From assembly GCA_951406725.2 (NCBI GenBank), contig OX597828.1:3596001-3660000 (forward strand): 64,000 nt of DNA. Reading direction: 5' to 3'. The translations under genes were made by a program, and so were the position numbers. Position 1 is the first letter of the stretch; each line of letters opens with the position of its first letter. Shown here one piece after another: positions 12,901 to 24,794 of this stretch. Origin of the DNA: Octopus vulgaris (Eukaryota). Below the pieces are notes generated by a model, which searched no databases, was not told the DNA's origin, and saw nothing but the letters and a program-made list of their open reading frames with translations.

Positions 12901-13397
12901 ATTTGTATTTTTGATAGATTTATCTCCACACATAGTTTTTTTTTTTTGGCGGTGTTTTAAAACTTATGAATTGTTCATTCTGTGTGTGCAAGTTCGAAAA
13001 ATAGAAAAAATGCATTTTTTGCTTCGTTTGTGACACGTATTTTCATATGCGTGTATGTGTGTCCTGTAAATTTCATGTAATGTGTAAACATTAGGATGTA
13101 TGTGTAGTCCTATGGGTATTAAAACGTATATATGATTGTGTAGACATTCGAGTGTATGCGTAATTAATCAATATACGTACTTACTGTTTTGTTCCATTTA
13201 TATTTTATAATTTGTAAACATTCTGATGTTGATTCACTGAGACATCGTGCATAAGAGAAACTGTGCTTTGTATGGCAGTAAAATTTCGTTTTTGTGATTA
13301 TTTTCGTTAAAAGGCCGATTCCTTCAAGTCTTCCACGGGTTTCTTTATGGAGATCCCGGTGTAGCACATCGCTGTTGTTATTCGCCGCGGAGCTCTC

Positions 13398-13423
13398 TAT
13401 CATCATCATCATCATCATCATCA

Positions 13424-13475
<52 letters not shown>

Positions 13476-13499
13476 CATTATTATTATCATCATCACCAC

Positions 13500-13559
<60 letters not shown>

Positions 13560-13560
13560 A
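13398..13560. repeat. (ATC)n(ATT)n compound microsatellite
   Basis: Direct reading. Confidence 0.95.
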
Positions 13561-13567
13561 TACTAAC

Positions 13568-13640
13568 GGGTATATGGCGTAGTGGTTAAGAGCGCGGGCT
13601 ACTAACCCCATGATTCCGAGTTCGATTCCAGGCAGTGGCA
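13568..13640 (+). mobile_element. tRNA-derived SINE head (family D)
   Basis: A-box TGGCGTAGTGG, anticodon-like arm GGG-CTACTAA-CCC, B-box GTTCGATTC; acceptor stem does not close; followed by (AAT)n. Confidence 0.75.
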
Positions 13641-13710
13641 TTAATAATAATAATAATAATAATAATGATAATAATAATAATAATAATAAAAATAAAAATA
13701 ATAATAAAAT

Positions 13711-14264
13711 GCCCTAATGCAGTACCAGGCAGTGGCTCTCATGGCTTCTGATCTTAACTGATTGGAAGTGTTATCATGTACATTGTTTTGTCTTGGTATA
13801 AAAGATGGGCTACAGCAAATATTCTGCTCAATACCACAGATTTGCTTGTCAGTTGTTTGACCTTAACCAGTTGAGCATGTCCCTTAGTGGCTGACAATAT
13901 GTGCATATCTGATCACGAGCAGAAGTAGTGGGGGAGCATCATAGCCATGTGTTGAGAGGAATTCTTTGGGGTTTGAATAATTCACCTCTGGAAACATGGG
14001 TGGTTCTTTCAACATCCTTAAACAACCCTTATTTAGGGACCTTTTGAGCAGGATGGGCTACGCAACCTGAAGAAGTTTCTAACTGGGCTCCACCGGCAAG
14101 GTCATGTGCTGTTTATCTTGATATGAGATCACCATGTCGCGCACATATGGTTGTGATGCATGTGCCTGGTGTACCCTTATCAGACGGGTAGTCATGATGG
14201 GTATGCTGGGCTTCGTATATTTTACCCCAGTGTCACTTTGATGGCATGAACTGCTCTCTCACTC
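13711..14264. mobile_element. About 554-bp non-coding element inserted in an (AAT)n tract, possibly a non-autonomous Dong/R4 derivative
   Basis: Sharp-edged higher-GC block with (AAT)n on both sides; Dong elements are known to target TAA repeats; the assignment is inference. Confidence 0.55.
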
Positions 14265-14327
<63 letters not shown>

Positions 14328-14337
14328 AGTGATAATG

Positions 14338-14392
<55 letters not shown>

Positions 14393-14447
14393 CAACAACA
14401 TCGAAAAATACCTTAGGAATGTGAACCCAGGTTCGTAATATACCCTA

Positions 14448-14493
14448 GACATTTCATGAAGGCTGGAGGGTATATTAGCTGAGACGTTGTGTT
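14448..14493 (+). ncRNA. Degenerate minimal type I hammerhead motif in putative SINE D tail
   Basis: GACAT-TTCATGA-A-GGCTG..TAGCT-GAG-ACGT-T-GTGTT; correct spacing, palindromic ACGT stem III, 3 core substitutions. Confidence 0.5.
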
Positions 14494-15154
14494 AGCAACA
14501 AACAAGATGAGGACAAATATCTGTCAAATATAAATAATGAAAATAATGTAAAGAAGTTATAATGTCAAATATTTAAATGTAAATATGTTGAAGCTTCGTC
14601 AAAAGCCGATTTCTGAAATTCAGTGAATTAATAGAAAGAATTCGTAGAAATAATTGTAAACGGAATAGGGGTGGAAAGAATTGGTATTCTTCATAGAGAG
14701 ACATGGGTCATTGAAGAAGAATAAATAAAAAGAAGACGCTGGTGTTTACTGACCAGGGATGGGAATAGAAACATACGCTGGTTTATAATTGGTCGACGTC
14801 AGGATATCTTTGGAACAAGATGACATATGGTTTGGAATTTTATGAAAAACTGAAATGAAATTTACAGGAGAGGTAATTAAGATTTGTTTTAATGAAAGAA
14901 TATTAATATATTATTTTGAGACTAATTAATACGGAATTTAGTTGCATACAGAATAAATGAACCATTAACAATGTTAAAAATTATTCATATGGCAATATTA
15001 AATAGAAATGCGGCCAAAATCTAATCACAAGATTCAAGCAGTTTTATTGTAAACTTGATTTTAATTGAAAATAAGGTAAATGTAAATTAGTAGTTAACTA
15101 AATAGAAAAAAAGATTGGTTTAAATATAAATACTCTTAGATGAATTAGTATTAA

Positions 15155-15359
15155 CGTTTCCTACTAATGGCACAAGGCCTGAAGTTTGTGGGGAGGGGGA
15201 TAATCGATCCCAGTGCACAACTGATACATATCTTATGGATCCTGAAAAGATTAATGGCAAAGTCCAACTCGGCGGGATTTGAACTCTTTACGTGAAAATA
15301 GACGAAATATTACAAAGCATCTTATTCGGCCTGTTAATGAATCTGTCAGTTCGCCGCCT
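15155..15359 (-). mobile_element. SINE family C, degenerate
   Basis: GGCAAAGTCCAACTCGGCGGGATTTGAACTC...TTCGCCGCC collinear with 25326-25556. Confidence 0.75.
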
Positions 15360-15611
15360 TAGACGAAGTCGTAATATGATTTTTATTTTATCTCCTGATA
15401 AATGTCTTTATCAAATTCTATCTCCTTTGTTACCTGAGTTTCTTCACAAGCATGTGACTCTTATAGCTGTTCATTAAAAGTTAAAGTCTTTATTTATTAT
15501 TATGTCACCATATGACTATTTAACGTTCTGAGCTCTTCTTTTTGTGTTTCTTGTTCGTTCTATATCTCCTTCATTTCCTCACCTTCTTTAATCTCTAACT
15601 ATACAGAATAT

Positions 15612-15937
15612 TACGTTTATATATTTGTTTTGCAAGATTTTTGATGTGAAATCGTGTGTTGAAACATATATTGTTGTAGTTAGGAATGGTCATTTTGCCA
15701 GTTTAGCCAATAAAAACACGCGCACTAACGGTTAGTAAGGAGAGACACACAAATAAGAAAGAAAAAAGCAAAGGACCACAGATGCGGTCACAGACGTGTG
15801 ACGAAAGAACTCTGGCCGAAATTAGATTAAGTTTAATGTAAAAAATAAATAACACTGAAGCAAAGTAACACCAAATATATAGTGCGTGTGTTTTTATTGG
15901 CTAAACTGGCAAAATGACCATTCCTAAATACAACAAA
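15612..15937. mobile_element. Mini PLE-type insertion (family B) with inverted arms and 11-bp TSD
   Basis: Inverted repeat 15667-15727 / 15880-15940 (about 61 bp, few mismatches); TSD ATACAGAATAT at 15601-15611 and 15938-15948; HHR-like motif in the spacer. Confidence 0.75.
15773..15817 (+). ncRNA. Degenerate type I hammerhead motif
   Basis: GGACCA-CAGATGC-G-GTCACA-GACG-TGTGAC-GAA-AGAACT-C-TGGCC; perfect 6-bp stem II, two core substitutions. Confidence 0.55.
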
Positions 15938-16439
15938 ATACAGAATATCTCTTACTCATATGGCCGTTGTAATTATACTATTTTTAGTTGAAACCGTTGT
16001 TTATAAATCATACTGCAAAATTCAGTTGGTATGTTTTCATCTATTACACTACTTTTTAAATTGTACAGCTGTTAGCCTGAAAAATGAATTCCTTTTTCAT
16101 CTTCTCTCCACATAGTATATTCTTTCGCTTTTATATGTGAATAAATCTGACCATATAAATCTCTCTCATTCACTCATTTGTGTATTTTGCATGTTCTTTT
16201 ACTGACCGAAGCAGTTTGACATGTTTATATTCTCATCACTTGTGTGAAATATGAAAAACGTAACAAAAAATTTTAAAAAAAGCAATTTCTATGCTGGTGA
16301 ATTTGTTAATAAATGGAGACGTTCAAACTTTCGCCGTTGCAATGTATTCATCTAGTTATGTTAGACGACGTCTTTCGTGCAACTTTTTGAAATTTTCCTT
16401 GTATGCGTCAAGGTAAGAAAAAATACATAATGCTTTCAA

Positions 16440-17050
16440 ACTTTCCGTCTCTGGGTTCCAGCGATCTCTTATTTCTGTGACCGGTAGCTTCTTATCAAAT
16501 CCCACTATTGCTGCTAGAGCGAAAGAACCATCAACCCCTATACTATCAACTCTAGCTTCCTCAGGTTTTGATCTTTCTTTTCATTATCAATACTTTACTG
16601 GTTGTCACGTCCCACTATATCCATTTTTACGCAGTCAAAGCTCCCGTCATTCCTTCCAAACATCGTCCAGTCATGTATCATCCGAATCAGAACTTAGACA
16701 TTACACACCAAACCTACACTGATCTCGTGAATACTCCTCCAAATCGATTTCCAATAAAAAATTATCCCTTTCAAAAAATAGCATACATCTCCATAAATCT
16801 AGAGCTTTGGTAATAATTCCAGCTATTGCGTCTCACAAGCACTGAGGACATTTTCTGGCAAAAGAAATTCCTTAAGATTACTAAGGCAGCATTCCAATGA
16901 TTGACACTTCTCCTCTAAACTAGATGAGATTCACTCCAGTTCAATAATTGAAATGGTACAGGTCAGGTGAACTACACAATGGTGTATTGCCCTCTCATCT
17001 GGAACGGTGTTGCTATACACACAAACCCCCTAGAGATCATCCAGAACAAT
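16440..17050 (+). mobile_element. Highly decayed CR1/Jockey-group LINE RT fragment
   Basis: FLFIINTLL...IHFYAVK (decayed LF.IFINDL...YADD) and QVNYTMVYCPLIWNG...LEIIQN (decayed VRP.MEYC..W...L..IQ). Confidence 0.65.
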
Positions 17051-18189
17051 TTCAACTTGTATCACTATCTCACTAAAGGAACTGAGCTTTTGAAGTTAAT
17101 AGAAAAAATATTGGAGAAAAACAGGATTCACCAACAATCACGACCTCTGGCGAGCCTTCCTTGCCATTTTCATTTCCACCTGTTTAGCATCGGGTTTGAC
17201 TTTCTATGTCATCCCACCATCAACCTGGAGGAACCAGTGAATCAGGACGAAATAGGCGTTCTCGGATAAAAGAAACAACGGAGGACGCAAATACACCCAT
17301 GCGTAAATACACATACCTACCTAGCTGCATACATACACAACTGCTTATTTTCCTATATACATGCATTCATTCTTACACGCATACACAAGTATATAGAAGG
17401 CTGATATAGTAATGTTACCTATGAGAATTCGTATGACGGGGTCCCAATTCCTTTCGCGGTTGCCGCTTACATTTTTCCTTTTGCGTTTTGTGATATCCTT
17501 GGTTGTACTACAGTTTTCGTGCCATTGTAATATGATTTTGTTCATCTGCTTCGTCTACCATTCCAGTAACTGCGCACTTGAGAAGCGGCACATTCTATCA
17601 AATGTTCCTTTAGAGAATACAATTGAAGCGAGTTTCAGTGGTTGGCTACCTGCGTGCACTCCTGCTTTACTTAAGCCAGAAATGAGGGTTGCGTAGCCTT
17701 ATATCAATCACACGTATGATTTCAAGTAATCAGTAGTGATTTATAACCTCTTCATGTATATTCGTGAGGAGAGCTTTATGCTTCTAATTTTCCTTAATAT
17801 GAATGCATGCATACACACCTGCATATATTTTTACACTGCAAAACATTACAAGAAATGCTGATACACAGACAAATATATACAAATGAAACAAAGTGAAATA
17901 ATACAATATCATCCACAGAAACTTGTAAAATTGGTAAACACATACATTAACATTCACTTACACATATATTGTTTATGAACATAAATCGGACTATTGTCAA
18001 AATAGCTAAATATTCAAATCAGATAGAATCCTACGTTCGCAAGTTCCTTTATGCATGTATTCACTCGTACGCTCAATACATCTCTATATACAACGGCTGC
18101 ATTACTTATAGACAATAATACATCAAGAAATTGAAATATATTGACAGAAACACATATACGAGCACTGTTCTCGTAGATACCAATACACG

Positions 18190-18301
18190 TTTACTGTGTG
18201 AATCTGGGGGGGGGGGATTTGTTGAATAAAATCATAATTAACTGATCCTCCTGTATTTTCTTTTACTAAAAACCAGGAACTTTTCAGCACACCCTCGTAT
18301 A
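18190..18301 (+). mobile_element. mariner 3' end with TIR
   Basis: GTTGAATAA stop region then CCAGGAACTTTTCAGCACACCCTCGTA, a typical mariner terminus with TA. Confidence 0.7.
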
Positions 18302-18384
18302 CCTGTATTGCTATATACGTACATATGTGTGTGTGTTTGTATGTGTGGTATTTGTGTTTCTGTGTCTGTTTGTGTGTATCTACG

Positions 18385-18390
<6 letters not shown>

Positions 18391-18466
<76 letters not shown>

Positions 18467-18507
18467 CATATTTATGCTTGTACGTATGTATGTATGTGTG
18501 TGTGAGC

Positions 18508-18560
<53 letters not shown>
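18391..18560. repeat. (TA)n microsatellites
   Basis: Direct reading. Confidence 0.95.
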
Positions 18561-18569
<9 letters not shown>

Positions 18570-21268
18570 ATGTATGTATATGCACACACAAGCACACACA
18601 AGCACATATTCACACGCTGTCACATATGGACCATTAATATTTTATTGCGCCAGCTCGTTATGTAAAATGTATATGGAATATAGCGTTGCTTCCAATGAAT
18701 ACCCTGGCTGCTGAAAACCATAGGAAAGCGTCTAATTTACAAATTTATATGATATGATTGTGTAACGTTTTTGTGTATTGAACTGCTTCGAGAATATTTA
18801 AGATATTGTGTAGGCGGAATACCGCTGACATACCTATAGATATTATATCCTTTTGATTACAAAAAGATGTAACACTCTTACACTGATTCTTTTCAATTCA
18901 TAACCACCAATTATATGGCATTTTATGTATGTATCAAAATGCTATATACACACATCTAGTTATGTATATACATATATATATATGTATATGTGCGTATGTG
19001 CATGTGTGTGTGCGTGTGCATGTGTGTGTGTATGTATTAAGCATTTATCATATATTGTGCTAGAAAGATAATGTCAATGCATATAAGTAGTGACTAAATA
19101 TCTTATATCAGAAACTAATAAAATATTCTGTAAAATACGCTGGAGGAAATTGGTTACGGCTTTAATAAGAATCATCAACGTGCTATGAAGCGGTAAGAAT
19201 ATGTGTAAACGGGAAAAATAGCGGTAAATGAAGTTTTCTTTTTATAGATAAAAAATATAAAATTCAAGATATAAATATTTAAAAATATGGAATGAGAACA
19301 TATTATTGTAAGCAAATAGAAATAGATGTAACGTGTGTATGCAGAGTGTCGTTCATAGAAACACTTAAATGAGTGAAGGATGACCTCGTACAATTCTAGA
19401 ATAGAATTACAAAATTTCGTATCTACGCAGCGTATGCTATAAAATTAGAAGTCATTAATACTTAAGAGATAAATCAAATTCCAAGTTGAATATATTTGAA
19501 TGCATAGCATTCAAAATTGCAGTTTTACGTATATTAAGTATATATCTCATCAACATAACTTCTTTCCAATATTCATTTTAAGGTGATAGACTAGGATACT
19601 TTACACATATCTTTTGAATTGTAGAATTTACACACACACGTGCGCGCACACGCACACACTCACACACGTGTACACACATACACACACACCCGTTTACATG
19701 TATATAATCTTATGCATTTGTATATATCTTAAAAAATCGAAATTTATAAAACAATGAAATATGAAAAGGAAGCTAAGAAATTACTATGATTTTGTACATT
19801 TATTAGAAAAAATGAACACAAACGAAAAAGCTTTGAATATTTGATAAATATTTAAGGTTAATAAAACCACGCAGTTACAAACTGGGGGCTGTTAAAGGGC
19901 ATTGGTTATAATGAAACATCCCGCAAAATGTCTGCGATGACATCTCAGTAGTGGCTATTATAGCACAACAAATTATGGTTGTAGTGGAGTAGATAAGCCA
20001 TGGCTCTATGTAGACCAGCGAAACCCAGGTCAAGTTTGGATGTATTGAAACAATTTAGAAATGGTTTTCATGACCAATTTAATCAGGGTTCATTAGCAAT
20101 AAAGACGATAATTCTTATAATGAGACATTGTAGTTACTTGAAATAAGAACGACATAATTCAATGTTGATTGCAATGAAATATTTTGATGATGCTTAGAAC
20201 GACACGGCTAAAGCTAGGTTTTGACGAATCATCTCACTGTTTATAGTAATTAGATCTTACAATCTTTCTAATGACACAATTCTCCCTAACTATGAATATT
20301 TAGTGATGGTCACATCAGCTTAGTATTAGCTGTTGAGGACAAAACATGGCATTTTTAATGAAATATCAATGGTGGCCATTGCTGGCTCAACTACATTGTT
20401 GTAACTTAATTTGTTACGTACAATGAATAAGATAACGAGACAACAGTAAAAACAACGTAACGAACTAACAAATCGCTTTTCGAACCAACAATCAATATTC
20501 ATTGTGAACTACCCGGCCGACACATTCCAATTTCACTGTAAACTAACACAAACTTCACTTGACTCCGAATACTGAGCCTTTGGACTCATTCAAAGTCTAT
20601 CTGTAGCAAGAGGGCGTAGTAACTCTCATTACATCTCCAATTTTGAGATTTTGACTACTGTGAGAAAGTGAAATTTCTTTTCTTTTTCTTTTCTTTTTCT
20701 TTCTAGCACCTCTCCCTTTCTTTTTTCTAGCTGTTGTATCTTAATTGTTGCCCGATTCTTAAGGTAGTATAGCTCGCTGCACACACGACTTTTTCTCTTC
20801 GTTGTACTAAGCACAGTAACGCAACACTGTTAATAGTTGCAATGACATAACTAAGCTGTGGTTGTATAGATTTCTACACTTATCGGATTCAAGCAATTCA
20901 TAAATGCTTATAATATTAACCTATAAAGTGAGTCACTTTTCTGTACCTGTGCTCCGGAATCTCTGTTGCAAGTTGATTGCACTTGGAAGACCTTGGCCAA
21001 CTTGTTCTGCCTGACAGAATCTAAGTCATGTTGTTTTAATTGAAGTTTATGTGCATTTATTTTGCATTCCTTTGTATTTAGATCTATTATTCTCCGATCC
21101 AACTGGTCTTTTCCTACTGTTGCTGTTGCATTTTGTTGCCAACCTTTCAGTCTCACTTGAATGCATTTAGAAGAGCATTCACACTTTTTATGTAAAATCC
21201 TTTTAAAAAATTGAAAGAAAAAGATGAATGTAATAAATATTATTGTGCGGATATAAATATGTAAGGGA

Positions 21269-21295
21269 GAGATAGAGAGATAGATAGATAGATAG

Positions 21296-21346
<51 letters not shown>

Positions 21347-21362
21347 GAGAGAGGGAGAGAGG
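21269..21362. repeat. (GATA)n/(GA)n microsatellite
   Basis: Direct reading. Confidence 0.95.
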
Positions 21363-22124
21363 GAAAGTCCTATCAAACATTTTATTTTCATTATACTGTT
21401 TTAACTTCCTCATATATACAAAGATAGACACATACATACAGAGAGAGAGACGCACATATACATTTGATTCAGTAAGTAAAGAAGCCATTTCTTTTCAATC
21501 CAAACTTCCTTTTTCCGTCATTGCACAACAAACACGATAATGTGACATGAATCAAACGTGGAAGATTCAAGACTAACTCTGCGGTTCTTTCGATCAGTAT
21601 TGTTTGAGAAACTCGGAAAATTTTTTATAACGATTATAAGCAAGATAATGAACAGTACAAAATGTCTGAACTTGTTTTATTTCAAAATAGGAACATTTTA
21701 TCAATAATATCATAATCTACAGCTTTAAAACATGTTTCTGCATTTGTTGGTAAAGACTAGTTTTAGCCTACAACTGAGATGAAAAACTATAAAAACAGCG
21801 AGTATAAAAAAGAACCTAAATATACAGTGACCATTGTTGTTTAGTTTCACTTCATGCCTGATCAAAGATTTCAATTATAAACCTCAATCTAGCCGTCAAC
21901 ATCAAACATCAACTACATTCTGTTTCCACACATATATTAATCGCTTTCTTAAGGCAGTAAGTTATAATTTCAGGGCGATTTAACTGATATTTCTAACAGT
22001 TCGAGTGACCATGTAGTGTCTCCCACAACCCAGTTGCCTAATTTAAAGAAATAAAGATTTGAATATTTGAAATTTAACATCATTTGTCTAGAACATGATA
22101 ACCTTTCGTAGACTTATTGGGTTC

Positions 22125-22339
22125 ACATTTTGGCACAAGGCCAGCAATTTTTTTCTTTTTTTGCTGGGGGAGTGAGCTAGTCAATTACATCGACCCCGGT
22201 GCTCAACTAGTAATTATTTTAGCGATTCCCTAAATGTTGAAAGGCAAAGTCGACCTCGGCAGATTGTGAACTCAGAACGTGAAGACGGGCGAAATGCCGC
22301 TAAGCATTTTGTCCGGCGCATTTTTGCCAGCTCGCCGCC
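22125..22339 (-). mobile_element. SINE family C
   Basis: AAAGGCAAAGTCGACCTCGGC...CCGCTAAGCATTT...CCAGCTCGCCGCC. Confidence 0.85.
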
Positions 22340-22869
22340 CTTTTCTTTCTTAACATTATTGAGAAATCATAGAAAAACAAACTTATACAAAATAGACTTG
22401 ACTTGTAAACATTAAAATACAGAGACACTTCAAAAAAGTCAATATGCAGCGTTCATTATATCATTTTATCACATTAATATTATTCCTAGTGGGATCCGTG
22501 GAGATTCCATGGAACGAAAAAGATTAAGAGAGGCTGTTTAAGAAAATTAGGATGATTTGCATTTTTATCTTGCTAAGTCATTTCACTTCCTGTCACAATA
22601 ATATAATTTATGATTTTAAAATTTCCCTCTGCTAAGCACTTTATATTTATTTCTACCTTTTTGAAAACCATGGAATTCTCCTCTTCATATCTCTTCCTCT
22701 TCACCTCTCACTTCCAAAAACCACAAGTGACAGTATAATGCATCAGCTGGCTATCTGCTTTCTCACTCACTCTCACATTTCTCCTTCCTCTTTCTCACTC
22801 TACCTGTCCTTCCTCTCTAACAAACTAAAGCGTAAAGTGTGGACGAACAGGTAGAAGAATAATATTATA

Positions 22870-23223
22870 GACGTAGGAGTGGCTGTGTGGTAAGTAGCTT
22901 GCTTACCAACCATATGGTTCCGGGTTCAGTCTCACTACGTGGCACCTTGGGCAAGTGTCTTCTACTATAGCCTTGGGCCGCCCAAAGCCTTGTGAGTGGA
23001 TTTGGTAGACGGAAACTGAAAGAAGCCCGTCGTATATACGTATATATATGTATGTGTGTGTATATGTTTGTGTGTTTGTGTTTGTCCCCACAACATCGCT
23101 CGACAACCGATAGAATAAGTACTAAGCTTACAAAGAATAAGTCCTGGGGTTGATTTGCTCGACTAAAGGCATTGCTCCAGCATGGCCACAATTAAGTCAC
23201 TGAAACAAATGAAAGAGTAAAAG
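22870..23223 (+). mobile_element. SINE family A with internal deletion
   Basis: Head and tail match the 9086 copy; about 50 bp missing between the two ACCGAT motifs at about 23106, consistent with microhomology deletion. Confidence 0.9.
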
Positions 23224-23875
23224 TGCTATGAAAAACACTTTTCATTATCAACACACCAGCACCAGCATCGCCAGCACCATCATCATCATCATCACTATAG
23301 TTTTCAGTAACAAATCTCATTTCAGTTCAGTTGTTTGTTTATATCTACTTTTTCTCGCTGTCGCTGCATCTCTGCTCTGACACTACACACACAAAAAACA
23401 CACACACACACACAATCTCTCTCTCTCTCTTAATATAACAGCTTCACCTGTCCATCTTTCTCTATCTGTCTTTCTTTAACCTCACTATCATTGTATCCTA
23501 AAAGTATCTTTCCCTTTTTACCTTTCCCTTCCCACCCTACAACACGTCATTAACACTTCCCTTTCCCTCTTTTCTCTCACTTTTCGTCTCTCCCTTCAAC
23601 TAACCACGTGATGCATTTGGCCTGGGTGTATTATACTCCTCTCTTCTTACGTCTCTACTCACATTCCTCCTCCTCCGCATCTCTCTCTCTCTCACTTTTA
23701 CTCCACCTCCACCCCTGTAACTAACTAAAATATAACGAGCGAACGAACAAGCAGATTAGTATGTAGATTCTTCGTGCCAGAGTCAACAGAGTGATTGAAC
23801 AATTGATCAGCAATGGAAAGTAATCAACAGTCTCTCGCTGAAGTCAATCTGTGTCCTCTGGCGGGTTTCTTTTAG

Positions 23876-24010
23876 CTGTCAAGAGCATTGTAGAAAATAA
23901 CCCGCGCTGTAAGCTTGCTGGTGGTACAAAGCAACTGCAAATAGGTTGTAGTACTGCTGTGAATTATCTACAGTGGTTATCATGTTACGGGATTCCAAGT
24001 TACGGTAAGT
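23876..24010 (+). mobile_element. Possible mariner HTH remnant
   Basis: VKSIVENNPRCKLAGGTKQLQIGCSTAVNYLQWL resembles the mariner second HTH (LK.IVE.DPR.T.RELA..L.V..STV..HL..LG). Confidence 0.45.
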
Positions 24011-24164
24011 CCCAAGAATGTAACTGTAGCGTAAGTTGGGTACTGCATGTGTGTATATATGTGTATGCATGAAAACATACATAAAGAAGAGCTGCCTTCC
24101 CAAAAGCTTTGTCGAGAATAGCGGGAACGTCCCCCTTCCCTGGAAAAACTATTTAAGCTATAGA

Positions 24165-24309
24165 TAGGTTCTCAGATGTGCTATTGATCCGGATCAGAGG
24201 GCACCTGGGAATAATGATAATTAAGGGCTGATTCTACTCTCCCCACAACTCTAAGACTCTCTAATTGGAACCTCAGCACCAGGTGCAGTTTGGTGTCATA
24301 AACAGGACA
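24165..24309 (-). mobile_element. Old SINE central-domain remnant
   Basis: Minus strand TGTCCTGTTTATGACACCAAACTGCACCTGG...TTCCCAGGTGCCCCTCTGATCCGGA resembles a conserved mollusc SINE body (from recall, unverified). Confidence 0.45.
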
Positions 24310-24794
24310 AACTTAAATACATACATACATACGTACATAATACATTCATACGTAGCTACGTTGGTACGTACGTACATACATGCATATATATGCTTGTGTT
24401 TGGATGACTGTGTATCCACAAAACTGCTTCGTCTTTTGTGAAATTTGGTAAAGATAAGCAGATTTGATCGTTCCTCTACGGATTTGTTTTAAGGGCAGCA
24501 CACATCTGACAGGTACAGATATCCTGTATCACTTATTGGTACAACACTCATAGATCAGTTTGAATTTAGGTTGGCTCTAATGCGGCGACTTATTTTCGTA
24601 CTGTTCTTATACGCATCAAGTTAGATATGTGTTAAAACTCATTCCGTCTGCAAACTCACTTATGATTTGCAAGACAGGTCTAGTACTGTGAATGTCAGAG
24701 ATCGTGTATGATGCTGGCACGTACCCTCCTCCGACATAGAGAGAGACACGCACGCACAACCACACAAATTCACATGTCTTTTTATATATATATA

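Noticed and set aside
13568-13640. tRNA-Ser(ACT)-like gene
   Set aside because: Acceptor stem does not pair, no long variable arm, no oligo-T terminator; better explained as a SINE head.
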